NCBI RefSeq assembly: GCF_016432865.1
Contig: NC_067399.1
Location: 463,512,001 to 463,576,000, forward strand
Direction: 5' to 3'
Source of the DNA: Antechinus flavipes
Lineage: Eukaryota
Length of the DNA stretch: 64,000 bases
The notes under the pieces were generated by a model that was given only the letters and a program-made list of their open reading frames with translations, made no database searches and had not been told where the DNA came from. Both the position numbers and the translations under genes were made by a program. Position 1 is the first letter of the stretch. The number at the start of each line of letters is the position of its first letter. Below are positions 37,531-49,597 of the stretch, piece by piece.

Positions 37531-38519
37531 GGTCTAGAGTAGAATGTAGGGAAGAAAATATTTGATAGTGCTTGACTTCTTCAGGTCACACAATTGTCAG
37601 GAGGAGCAGGGACGAGAATTCTTCCTCTGGGCTTGGTGTCCTCTGGCTCTCAGTACGCCCCAGGCTTTCTCAAACAGCTCCGGGTTTCTGTTGTCCTCCA
37701 GCTTGTCTCCTGTCTCCTGCATTATCTGGCGGGGGTGATTTGGGAATTGACTTGGGTTGGGCACTTTGGAGATTCAGAAACTTCTTAACCTATTCATTCA
37801 AACGGTGTTTTCCTCCTCATTATCTTATCCTGCCTATGGGTGCAGTAGCACTGTGGTTCTGTAGCCTCACTCTTGCCAAATGGAATGATCCTCCTCCAAA
37901 GTTTGTAAAGGAAGGCGGCTCCTGTGAAATGCAATTAATGTTGCCTTCTCCTTCCGTCTGAGACTTCATCTAAGCAAAGCTAAATGGTCCCCGGGGGACG
38001 TATTTCATGTTTCTATCCATAATCTACATGCTCAGATTTGGAAAGAAAGACTTGGACACTTTTAATAACATAGCCTGCTATGTGGAGAAACGTGCATTTG
38101 AAATCAGAACTGAGTTCTAAACTATGCCGTGTAATCTCTGTGTGGCCATGGACAAGAGCCTTTGGACTTCTTTGGACCTGTTTTCTTGTCAGAAAAATAA
38201 GGGGTCTGGGTAAGATGATCTCTCTGGACTCTGCTAATTCTGACATTCTGTACTCTAAGAATCCTTTAAACTCTGATGTTTTGTATTCTAAGGTCTCTTC
38301 AAGTCCTAATCTTCCATTTTCTCTGTTTTTACTGTCATATGATCTAACAGCCCTTCCAGCTGTGACACTCTACGTTCCAAGGTCTCTTACAGCTCTAAGA
38401 GTGTGTGGACTTAAAAAAATTTTTTTTCCTTTGTCCTAAGGACCTTTCCAGCTCTAAATTCTGTGACTAAATTTGGCATGAAAACTAGGCATCTATCCTT
38501 CCGTTCCTGAAAATCCAGC

Positions 38520-38960
38520 CAGTGTTGGGCCGGGGTCTTTGTCACCCACTCAATCCGAGCTTTTTATGTTTATGTCTGTTACTGTTTGACGACTGCTGTT
38601 CCCTCAACTTGTCCCCTGTTGGAGGGAGGGGAGAGGAACGACTGCCAGAAAGATGCTTTGGAATGTCGGGTGGAAATGTTGTGTCCAATTGGTGCCAGGA
38701 ATGGGATCTCTCCTCTGTGCTTTCAAGTGGCAAACATCTTGCTTTAATAACTAGGCTGCAGCGGCCTCTCCGTTGGAGTCCCTAGAACAGAACCCACACG
38801 GATAACAAGGTTATTTCCCCTCAGGATCGATGGGCTGTCTTCTGAGAGGGGGAACCATTTGCCATGTTTGTTAAAATGTTCACAACAGTCCTTGAAACCG
38901 AGCCGCGGAGAGCCCGAGCAGGGATTCTGTGGAAATGACTGGCAGCCCCAGAGCAGAGAG
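38520..38960. promoter_or_regulatory. Candidate intronic enhancer (unique sequence with retained CpGs and forkhead-like TGTTT motifs)
   Basis: No recognisable repeat, raised CpG density, and motifs tgtttat, tgtttga and tgtttgt. This is motif-level evidence only. Confidence 0.3.
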
Positions 38961-38974
38961 CCATATGTTTACAT

Positions 38975-39140
38975 CCGTGTTTGTGCTCCTGGGGTGGGCA
39001 TCACGTGACCGGGGGACAGTTCGCTGCTCTTCAAGAGCCAGATGGAATCGATCAATTAGAGGGCATCCAGAGGAGGGTGATCAGGACGCTGAAGGGACTG
39101 GAGAGAGAGCAGCTGAAGAAGCAAAGGCTAGAGAAATGAA
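38975..39140 (+). mobile_element. L3/CR1 RT fragment
   Basis: gatcaattagagggcatccagaggagggtgatcaggacgctgaagggactggag matches the L3 RT end. Confidence 0.6.
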
Positions 39141-41389
39141 GCCTTGGGATAGGGAGAGAGGCCCATAATATATCTGTCCCAAGTATCTGAATGGCTGTCC
39201 AGTGTCCTAGAATCAAGGTTTCAATCTGGAAAGCAACTTAGAAGGCATCTAGTTCAACTCCCCCATTTTACAGATGAGCAAACTGAAGCCCAGAGAAATG
39301 AAATGATTTGCCTATGATTGTACGGCTAGCAAGTAGCAGAGCTAGGGTTTGGGCTTAACACAAGACCCAGCACTTTTTCATTGTTCTGCTTGATCTGAGG
39401 AGCAGAAGTATTCAGGCAGAGGGACTTTCACAGAAGCAAATTTTGTCTGACTATCAAGATTCCTAACAATTTTAACTATCCCAAAAATGGCTTCCACCAT
39501 GAGGTCTTCAAGAAGAAGTTTCCATGACTATTTCTCAGGGATGATGTAGATGGTGATTTAGATGCAGAATCTTAAAGCTGGAAAGGATCTTAGAAATCAT
39601 CCAGTCCAGTCCCACCAACCATTTTGCAAGTGGTTTGCTCAAGGTTGCACTAAATGACATCAAGGGTCCTTTCCAGTTTTGAGGTTTTGTGGAACGGTTG
39701 GCTAAGGCCAGATGGGCCCAGGTTCAAGATAAAGGTAATTTCCAACCTAAAGAAAAAAGGAACTTTGTTCTGATCATGGACTAAGATTCCAAGGTGGGGA
39801 AGACAATGGGTTGTTTTTGGTGAAACTCTTTTTTGGAAAAACAGCTGGCTAAGTAGAGAGGGGCTTATGCCAGGAGAAATGAAGAGATTTGTCACAAGCT
39901 TCTGAGAATTTTAAAATATTATAAAAAAAGCTTTTTAGTTTGCAACACTGGGTGGGGAGTCAGAAATCCATGCTCTAATCTCACCCATTCAGTGGCTTTG
40001 TGTTACTGAAAGAGCGCTGAATCTGAAGTCTAAAGATTTGGGTTCGGTCCCAATTTTGATATTTACTATCTATGTGACCTTTTCTAGTCCTCCATTTCCT
40101 AATGAGGGAAGTAAGATTACCCTATCTGTAAGGTGCCTTCCAGCTTTGTACCCTATGAACTTTCTAGGCAAGGCCTCAGTTTTTGTTTTAAAAAAAAAAG
40201 GTAAAGCACCTCTGGGAATGGTCTGAGGGTCAGATGAGATCCTGGCAGAAAATCATCCTTGAGGGTCATGTGACCTATCACTCTTCCTGGAATAGATTAG
40301 AGATAACTGCCCCCAGCCAACTACAACATCTCCATATCAATCAATCAATAAGTTGATAAATGTTCACTAACCTTGTGTCTAGCCCAGGACTGGAATGTGC
40401 TATGAACTCAATAGTAGGAGGAGGGGGACTGGCAGCCTCACCTTTGTGGGAATTAAAGTTCCTGGCTAGGAAAACTGGGCTAACACTTGAAATTGGACCT
40501 GCTTGCATGATAATTATTTCTTCTCATTTTCCATATACTTTTTCAAATATTTTTGCAATTATCCAATGACATAACTAATTGTAATGAGGACTACTTCTTT
40601 CCTGTATACTTTGAAAAGTATATATTGCAATTATCTAACACTAGCCATTTCAATTTCTTGGAGTAAAGCCCCCAAAGTTCCTAATACCAGATCATTTAAA
40701 GCTGAAAATCAAGTCTTATCTCCTTATTATACATATAGATTCTCTGATTCCAAAATCAGTGCTCATGAATAGATTTGTTTTTTAACACAATTATCAATAA
40801 AGAAGTATTTCTTCTATGAATGCATATGACTGTCCTCTTTCTCTAAAATTGACTATCAAAGAGTAACCTGGGGCAGCAAGAGATTAAGTGACTTGTGAGG
40901 AGAAGTCATAGCCATGGGGTGTAGAGGTCTTGAACCCACATCTTCCTGAATATTAAACCAACTTTCTACTACCCCCTACTACCCTAGCATATATGTTGAT
41001 TATAAGTATAATGTCTTAGAATAGGTATACAGAGGGGCCTCATCTGTGCTGTGATTCATCATATACAAAAAGTTCAAAGAGAAAAAAGTGAATTCTCTAA
41101 CAGAACTCATCCTGTGTTGGCCACTATCAAGGATTGAGTTTGGGGAGGAGTAGACTGTGAGTTAAGCCCAGTGGGACATCGATCATAAGCATCTTATCAT
41201 TTTAGAGTTATATCTTTAGAGCTCAAGTTGTCTTTCACTGGTAAAAAGTCAACTAATTTAACCCTGTCATTTTGCAGAGAAAGAAAATAAGGCTCAGGGA
41301 AGAAGAGAAGCAATTTTTCCCCAGGTTCACACAGAGATTTAATGATATGGCTGGTATTATTAGCACCAGCTCACTTGGATAATAGTCCT

Positions 41390-41535
41390 TCCTTTCTCCC
41401 TCTCTCCCTCCCTTTCTTTCTCCCTCTCTTCTTCCCTTCCTTCTTCCTCTCTTCTTCCCTTCCTTCTTCCTTTTCTTCCCTTTCTTCCCTTCTTTTCTTC
41501 CTTTCCTTCCCTTCTTTTCTTCCCTTTCTTCCCTG
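41390..41535. repeat. Polypyrimidine/polypurine low-complexity tract (CTTCCCTT-type)
   Basis: About 145 bp with no purines on the + strand; internal direct repeat ctcttcttcccttccttcttcct occurs twice. Confidence 0.92.
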
Positions 41536-44375
41536 ACTACTCTCTGAGTCACGCACATTTCTTTGCTTCCCTGGGATTCAGATTTCTCCTCAGTAAAATG
41601 AGAGATTAACTAGATGATCTCTTCTAACCTTAAATCCATTGATTCTGTGACTTTGGATAGGCCTAGGGACCATGCCATCTTAGGATAAGGTCTAAGAAGT
41701 GGGGACTTGCTGTGTGTGAATGACAAAGGGTTCATCCACTGCCAGGGACATTTGGGAGGGGCACACTTGCCTTCCTTCTCCCTGTGAGCTTTCCCCAGCA
41801 GTTTCCCTGACCTCACCCTCCTTTGCCCCAGTATATTCCCTTGTGGAGGGGTTTGGAGATCTTGGGGGACAAGGGCACAAATGGATTTCTAGGAATCAAT
41901 TAAACCAACAGGGCCTTATTTATCATTGTCTCTCTGTAAATCTGTGCTTGGGGAGATCAGCACCGAGTAAGGAGCTGCTTGGGGATGGGGGATGACGGCC
42001 TGTTTCGACTGGTCTGCCCTCAGAGAATCGACCTCTCTGTTCAATTCAGGAAAGATATGAGATGAGATAAGTTCAGCCAAAAGAGCAACCATTTGGGAGT
42101 AGGAGGACCTGTGTTTGACTCCTGGCTCTTTTGCTTCCTACCTACATGATGCTCAGCAAGGCCCTTCCCCTTTTGGAACCTCAGTGAGGCTGGTGATAAT
42201 TGACACTCTTCATCTCCCCAGGTTGTATAAGGAATTGCTATGTAAATGTGCTGTATTACAATAATCCCTGTGGGAGGTGGAGAGGATGTGAGTGGGGCAT
42301 AGGGTGACAGCAGTGAAGAAGGGACACTTGTCAAACACTTGTAAGGAAAAAACTAGTCCATCCTGGGCTGTGTCAGCCCTTCTGCCTCCTGTCATTGTGG
42401 GCTGGTGGGCTGGGCCGGGCCAAACCAGACAGGCTAAAATAAGGCTATGGCGGTAGTTTACATCTCCAGACCATGTCACAAGATTGTCTCAGAAACTGCT
42501 GTGGGTTGTTTTGGATCTCGGAGAGAGTCATATCCTCAGGACTTTGGGGACCTCTGGACCGACCCAAACTAGAGAAGCTTCCTAGGGCCCTGCATTGGTC
42601 TGGCCTGGGGAAGGTCGCTGTGTTTTACAGAGCAAGTACCTATGTGCCAGCATTTCTCTAGGATGTGGATTTTCTGAAGGTTTTAGAGCTAGGAATGACA
42701 AAAACTCAAAACTGTGGTTTCTGACTTAATCAGGTCATCAGACACTTAGCTAGCACTTAGTGTGGGTCAAGCCCTGCCTTCAGGAGCCCTTTTTTAAAGC
42801 AGGGAGACTACTATGTACAAACAAGACATAAACAGGAAGTTCTATGACCTCTCAAAGTTCCTTCCAAGTATGGAAGTGGGGGTGCAAGAAACAGACTGGA
42901 ACGTTCTTTTCATACCTTTCTCTCAGAAACAGGATAGTATTTATGTTGGAGATAGGAAGCAGGTACTAGCATAGAACCCTGCCCAGGAAGGCTGAGTAAT
43001 ATAGTGGAAAGGGTATCAGGCTGATGGGGCAACCTGGATTCAGATCCTGAATCTGCCACTGAAATTCACTCTGTCTACCACTTTTCCTGGCAAGCTCTGA
43101 TTCCTCACCTTTATTGTGGAAGGGATTATACTGGATAGTTTTTTTGTTTGTTTGTTTGTTTATTTGTTTTTAATATCCTGTATTTTAAGATTTCTTCCAG
43201 CTACAAAGGTTCCAGATGATTGTCCTATGATTCTGTCTTATTGGCCCCACTTCCTGGGAGGGAAGGGGCAGAAACCCAGCCCACCGAGGTCTTTAAATTT
43301 TCAGAATGTCAGAATTGGGCATTAGAGACCATCATTAGATAATAAGCCCTTCATTTTAGTTAGGTCAACAAGTATTTTATTAAGGACTTCCTATAGCCAG
43401 GTATTGCTCTAAGTACCTGAGGCTTTAAAGAAAGGCAAAGGAGTCACTGCTCTTAAAGAGTTCACTTTCTAATGAGGGAGATGACATGTAAATAACTAGG
43501 TATAGACAAGTTAAAGAGACATTAAATGGAAGGGAATTTAGATGGAAATTCCCAGCAAAGATAGTGTGAAAATATTAGAGGAAAAACCCTGCCCCACTGA
43601 TAGCTGGATTCCTTACCTGCTCCCAGGTGTGTTTGTGTTTGTTTACATGTGCATGAAGTGACTCATTCTCCCCCATCTGCACCGGGGACCACACCCAATT
43701 CTTTCCCCATCAGCCTCTTGTGCAGACTTAAAAAATGAGATAGTGGCACACAAACTGATTTCTAGTCATGTGACTTGGGTTCAAATCCCAGCGCTGCTTT
43801 TGGATAGCTGAGTGACCTTGGGCATTTTGCCTAATCTCTCTGAGCTGTTACAAAATTAAGGAATTAAGGGTTTAGACGAAATCAGATGGTTTCCATCCTG
43901 TGGGCAGCAGACCAGGGATGGGGATTGAAGGAGGAGGCTGTGGAAGAGGGAGTTCCTGTGAGATGTCCAAGTCCTATAATATATTTTCTCAGATATATGG
44001 CTACATTGTGGATGTTCTTGAATTTTTTTTTAATAGTAAAATATCTGCATCCTTGAAGAGATTGGGAAATGATAGCCTCCAGCCCAGCCCCAAATTGGAT
44101 AAAATACGGATAGGCTTCCCAACCAAGAATCAACCCTTGTTACCTTCGTCATTGGCTAGTTCAGTCGGGGTGAATTCATGGGCAGTCCATTTCCTAGCCT
44201 CTATTTTCCTGACTCAAGTATCCTTTCCGCTAGAAACGGAAACAGCTTTCTCATTTAAAGCTATGATAAAGTGGGAGTGAGGGGGTGAGAGTATAGATAT
44301 CCATGGAGAAAAGGCTAGGATATCCTTGGATCTGATTAATTAATGTCTTTGCTTCCCCTCTCTGTGCCCACCCAG

Positions 44376-44529
44376 ATCCCATCTGATGCCGAGGCTGAAG
44401 GAATCGAGGTCCCACGAGTCCTTGCTCAGTCCAAGTAGCGCAGTGGAGGCGCTGGATCTCAGCATGGAGGAGGAGGTTGTGATCAAGCCTGTTCACAGCA
44501 GCATCCTGGGCCAGGACTACTGCTTTGAG
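44376..44529 (+). CDS. DAB2IP: DAB2IP coding exon (154 bp), PH-domain region: (R)[51 protein letters not shown]
   Basis: Acceptor cccag at 44371-44375 follows a pyrimidine tract; donor GAG|gtaaga at 44530. The translation matches my recollection of mammalian DAB2IP. The exon enters in phase 2, exits in phase 0, and holds the internal ATG at 44386 (MPRLKES), which I recall starts short isoforms. Confidence 0.97.
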
Positions 44530-45079
44530 GTAAGATCCTGGAGTGGAGGTGCTGTCTCCGTTCCTGTCTGGCCACCATATTGTGCTGTTGGCCCTTTGTG
44601 ACTTTACAATTATTATCTCATTTGATCCTCCGTACAACCATGGAGGTATTTCCTATTATTATCCTCATTTTACAGTTGAAGAACCTGTAAAAAAAAAACT
44701 GGCTTAAGTGATTTGCCCAGGGTCACACAGATAGCAATTGCCTATGGCCAGATTTAAACTCGGGTCCTTCTGACTGCAGCTGGTACTCTGTCCGTTGGGC
44801 CATCTAGCTGCGCTCCAAACTGCAGGTTTCCCTCTTGCTGCTGAGTACCGCTGTCCCCGCCCAACAATCCGACTCCACTCTATCTCCCTAGATTTTCCTC
44901 ACACTCACGATAGTGCCATGGAAGAAGACTGCTTTAGGGCCAGCAGACTTGGGGTTAAAATCCTGGCTTTGCCTCATGATTTTGTGTAACTTCCACTAAA
45001 TTGTGTCCTTCTCTTTGTCTGCAAAATGAAGAAATTGCACAAGATGATTTCTAATTTTCTGTGATCCTTGCTCCAAGCA

Positions 45080-45390
45080 CCCTTCCCATCATATATCCCA
45101 GCTTGTCTGGTCTGTGCCTTTGCGCATGTTGTGAAATCTTCCATCCCCCTACTTGTTGAAATCCTACCCAGCTCAAAAGACTCCTCTTTTAAGGAACCAT
45201 CCGTGATAGCCCTTCTCTCCAAATCAACAACAATCCTCGACACCATTGTGCAGCTCCCTTGGGCAATTAGGGTACTCTGTCATGTCATAGTCCTTAAGCT
45301 GTATGTCCTACCCCTTACCATAGCCTGTCTGAATTTAGTGTCTTCCCTAGTGCCTAACCCAGTGCTTCTCACATGTCAGTTTGTGTATTT
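45080..45390 (+). mobile_element. L2 3' end
   Basis: ttgaaatcctacccagctcaaaagactcctcttttaaggaaccatcc...tttagtgtcttccctagtgcctaacccagtgct. Confidence 0.6.
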
Positions 45391-45957
45391 TGGATAGAAT
45401 TGCATCGAGGCTGGCTCTCCTGTGCATGGGTATCCTACCCACTACATGCCTTTTCTTCTTGTGAGATTCTTGTCTATATAGCTGGCGTAGAGTAAGAATA
45501 GGTGAAGGGAAGGACGAGAGAAAAAAGAAAAGAATTAATTTATGGTTAGTGGCAGAGCATCAAGGGAAAACAGAAGAGTCTCTTCTCTCACTCCCGTCAC
45601 TTAAAAATAGTTGATGCCTTTGGGACAGCAGAAAATGATGCAGAAGAACCTCCTTCCCGCTGGAGTTTCTTTCTGTCCTGTCCACGCTAGAGTAGGGAGG
45701 AGACGGCTGCCTCTCATTTAGCCAAGATGCTGGATCCCTCAGGGAGGCTGGAGAATAAAATCTTTCTTTTCCCTGGAAAGTTTCCTGTGGCTTGGAATGG
45801 GACAGGGAGCAAGGGAGAAGAAGAGGATTATTGATCCCCTAGGAGAATTCTACTACCTCCTAGCTCTGTAATGCTGATAAGCTATCCGTTCATTCTTTAG
45901 TTTTCTTTATCTGTAAAATAAGTATTTTGAGTTCTTGGCCTGATTCACAACTGTGTT

Positions 45958-46107
45958 NNNNNNNNNNNNNNNNNNNNNNNNNNNNNNNNNNNNNNNNNNN
46001 NNNNNNNNNNNNNNNNNNNNNNNNNNNNNNNNNNNNNNNNNNNNNNNNNNNNNNNNNNNNNNNNNNNNNNNNNNNNNNNNNNNNNNNNNNNNNNNNNNNN
46101 NNNNNNN
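45958..46107. other. Assembly gap (150 N)
   Basis: Run of N, followed by a short CA-rich stretch. Confidence 1.
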
Positions 46108-46384
46108 AGATAGCTATACATACACACACGTGTAACTGCTTTGGTATAGTAGTGTATTAGGCTGGTTCCTAAAGGAGGCAATGTGGGAAAAGGGAATGGA
46201 TGCTAGACTTAAAATCAGGAGGCCTAACTTTGAATCCTAATTTTTTCACTTAGTAAATGTATTATCTTATATAAGTAATTTAGGAATAATTTTAAGAGAC
46301 AGCCCAGAAGTGTCAAACATACTGCCCACTGAACCAGATTAAAAGTCAGTATTTAACAAAATAAATAAAAATACAATAGAGCAT

Positions 46385-46610
46385 TTGTTGTTGTTCATCA
46401 TCCAACTCCTTGTGACCCCATTGGGTTTTTACTGGTAAGAAGCAGTTTGCCATTTCCTTCTCCAGCTCATTTGACAAATGAGGAAACTGAGGCAAGCAGA
46501 GTTAAATGACTTGCTCAGGATCACACAGCTTATAAATCTAAAGCTAGATTTGAACTCAGGTTTTTCTGACTCCAGGCCTAGCACTCAATCCACTGTGCAC
46601 CTAGTTGCCC
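46385..46610 (-). mobile_element. MAR1-type SINE (reverse)
   Basis: gttgttgttcatcatccaactccttgtgaccccattggg...tttgccatttccttctccagctcattt...gaggaaactgaggcaa...tttgaactcagg. Confidence 0.85.
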
Positions 46611-47089
46611 CAAAACAGAATATAAATAATTTTAATATGTTTTTTTTTAATAGTTTATGGGGATCCTATTATAACCCATTGAGGCTTGGCTTTGGAGCTA
46701 GGAATACCAGGGTTCACATTCCATCTCTAACGCATTAGCTCCGTGATCCTGGAGAAGTCATTTAACTTCTTATTGCTATAATACATTTTCCAAGACTTTA
46801 ATCTGTAAAAGAATTGCTGATCAGCATTGGTAGAAGAACTTGCCTACACCATGGAAATTACAAATGTAGACCATCAACAATAATAACTACTACTAAAGTA
46901 ACATTTACATAGCATTTTAAGGTTAGCAAAACACTTCTCATTTGAGCCTCTCACTTAACTTCCAAGAGGTTTTCCCATGGTAAATGTACGTATAAAATCT
47001 AAAATAAATACAGGTAAACAGCAACAGCGAGGGTGAAAAAATGCTCTGTAAATTCTAATGGAAAGGTGAGCTACTATCATTATCATCTT

Positions 47090-47305
47090 CCTCATTAGTA
47101 TTCCATGCAACTTGGGGATAAGAGAAGAAAAAAAGGAAAAAAAAGAAAGTTTACATGATAATTTTATAATATATTTAAAAGAAATAGCAAGTTGTACATA
47201 GTAGATTGCAGTTTCATGTGCAGTCATCTTTTTTTATTATACTACATTATGGAAATGCTTTTTTTATTTCATAAATTAAAAATAAAATAAAATTTTAAAA
47301 AGGAA
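47090..47305 (+). mobile_element. Older marsupial L1 3'-UTR fragment
   Basis: gaaagtttacatgataattttataatatatttaaaagaaatagcaagttgtacatagtagattgcagtttcatgtgcagtcatc; a related sequence occurs inverted at 48675-48835. Confidence 0.6.
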
Positions 47306-48473
47306 TGACTAAAACCTCGAGGGAGTAATATAACCTCTTCACTCTGAGAAAAATAAAATAAAATAAATCTCTGTCTCACATGAAATTTTCTTGGAGTTGG
47401 GCTGGCTCCAGTCTGATGAGCTCTGCTCAACAGGAGACTGTTGGTCTTGGAGTAGGCCTACATTCAGCAAGACAGTAGTTAGTGGTCTCTGAGTGTGACT
47501 CCCAAGGTTCTGTGTCTCAGGCACTGAGGATGGAACAGTACCAATGATTCAACTCCTCATTTCCTCCATTAGTTCCTTTAACCTGCACTTTGAGATCATT
47601 GCTCGAAAGATGAACCCCCTTGGTGATTGTGTTTAATTAGTGGAACCATCCATCTGAGGGATGGATATATTCATGTAAATAAGTTGCATCACGGAAATTA
47701 ATGAGCCCTTTCCTTTCTGACCCTGGCAAACTCATGGCTTCCAGAATGCAATTGCCAGCCTGCCAGTCAGGTGCCTGTTGATAGTGCTGGTGAAGGAGGA
47801 AGAGAAGGAGGAGGAAGAAGAAGAAAAGAGACCATCCTTTATGGGAGAGCAAGCCTGTGGCTGCTAGGGAGCTGGGGCCCTGGGAGAGACTAAGAAATGG
47901 ATTCTCTGCTCTGTGTGTGTGTGTTTGTGTGTGAGAAAGAGACTTTTGTTTTGCTACTTCTTCCTAGCCCTTGTCTGCTTTTTTTTTTCCCCCTGGTGGT
48001 TTGTGCTGTGGTAGAAACAGCACAGATTTAGACTCAGGAGATCTCACTGCTAGTCTTAGTGCTTTTACTTATTAACTCCGTGACCCCAAGCCAGTCATTC
48101 CTTCCTCTGTACAATGAGTGAGCTAGATAAAAGGCAAATAAATGTACCATAATTTTTAGATTCATTACCCTTGCAGGATTGTTGTGAGAAAAGCACTTTA
48201 CAAATCTTAAAACATTATGTGATTATGCATGATTATTGTGATGGTTGCTGTTCATAATCCTTCAGATAGGCAGCAGGGCATAGTGAAAAACATCCTGGAT
48301 TTGGTATCAGAAAATGGGGGTTTGAATTCCAAGTTTTGCTGTACTTCATTACTTTTGTGGTCTTTCCCTAGTCACTTTCCATTTCTGAACCTGTTTCCTA
48401 ATCTGTAAAGTAAGGCTAGACTGTGTGAGCTCCAAGTTCTTTAAACCTCTAAAGTCTAAATGTTATTCTTTTT

Positions 48474-48656
48474 AAAAAAATATTTTATTTTATTTTATAA
48501 TAACTTTATATTGACAGAATCCATGCCCGGGTAATTTTTTTTACATTATCCCTTGCACTTGCTTCTGTTCCGATTTTTCCCCTCCCTCCCTCCACCCCCT
48601 CCCCTAGATGGCAAGCAGTCCTATATATGTTAAATATGTTGCAGTATATCCTAGAT
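48474..48656 (-). mobile_element. Young, severely 5'-truncated L1 3' end (183 bp) with 17-bp TSD
   Basis: Reverse L1 3' UTR (gacagaatccatgcc...cccctccctccctccaccccctcccctagatggcaagcagtcc). TSD taaatgttattcttttt at 48457-48473 and taaatattattcttttt at 48657-48673. Confidence 0.8.
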
Positions 48657-48674
48657 TAAATATTATTCTTTTTG

Positions 48675-48835
48675 AAATTTTTTTAATTTATGAAATAAAA
48701 CAAGCATTTCTATAACACAGTACAATAAAAAAGATGATTGTACATGAAACTGCATGCAGATCTGCCATGATCAACTTGCTATTCTTTTCAAATATACAAC
48801 AAAAGTATCATGTAAATTTCTTTTTTTTTCCTTTC
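48675..48835 (-). mobile_element. Older marsupial L1 3'-UTR fragment (reverse; homologous to 47090-47305)
   Basis: tttatgaaataaaacaagcatttctataacacagtacaataaaaaagatgattgtacatgaaactgca...caacttgctattc. Confidence 0.6.
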
Positions 48836-49498
48836 TCCTATAAAATTGTTGGGGAAGCTGGATATAAATCAATATGTCACACCATTTATCAAAATAAACA
48901 CAAAATGTGTACATGACCTAGATATAGAAATTTTATAAGAAAATTAGAAGAATGTAGAACTAAATAACAGACTTATGGATAGATAAATCATTTATGAGTG
49001 AACAAGAGATAGAGAAATTTGGTATAAATATCCTTTCAGGAGGAGGTGGATTGTGATCTTCGAGTCAGAAGATCTGATTTGAATCTGTTCCCAGGTTTCC
49101 CTGCCCTCTCTGTCTCCTACCTACAAAATAAAGAAATTTTATATTAAATAAGAGAACTGGACCCAAGGTCACAGGGTCTGGGATCAAATTTTAACATTTC
49201 TACTGAGTAGCTATGCTACCTTTTAGATTTCCTTCTCTCTGAGTCTTACTTGTCTCATATAAAACATAGAGGGAATTAGACTAAACTTTCTCAGAAGTCC
49301 CTTCCAACTCTAAATGATTGGGTGATCTCTACTGTCATTTTCATTTTTCACAGTCTAAGACTGTTTGAAGAAGAAGGCAGTTGCTCAGGAATGGAAAAAG
49401 GCTACCCCCCCACTCTGTACTTTCTATGTATTTGGAGCTGTCCAGTAGACATAGCCACCTGTTTAGTTGTCACACTATCCCGGTTCCTTTCCACACAG

Positions 49499-49597
49499 GT
49501 AACAACTTCCTCAGGAAGCAAGTGCTTTTCCTGCCGATCTGCAGCCGAGCGGGATAAATGGATGGAGAATCTTCGGCGAGCTGTGCATCCAAACAAG
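49499..49597 (+). CDS. DAB2IP: DAB2IP coding exon (99 bp), end of PH domain: [33 protein letters not shown]
   Basis: Acceptor ccacacag ends at 49498; donor AAG|gtaaaa at 49598. It is 33 codons, phase 0-0, in frame with both neighbouring exons. Confidence 0.97.

Noticed and set aside
1-44375. Canonical upstream DAB2IP exon ([22 protein letters not shown]...)
   Set aside because: It was not found in the ORF track or by eye. It is probably upstream of the window, since the three small gaps sit in repeat context, though the 249-N gap cannot be formally excluded.
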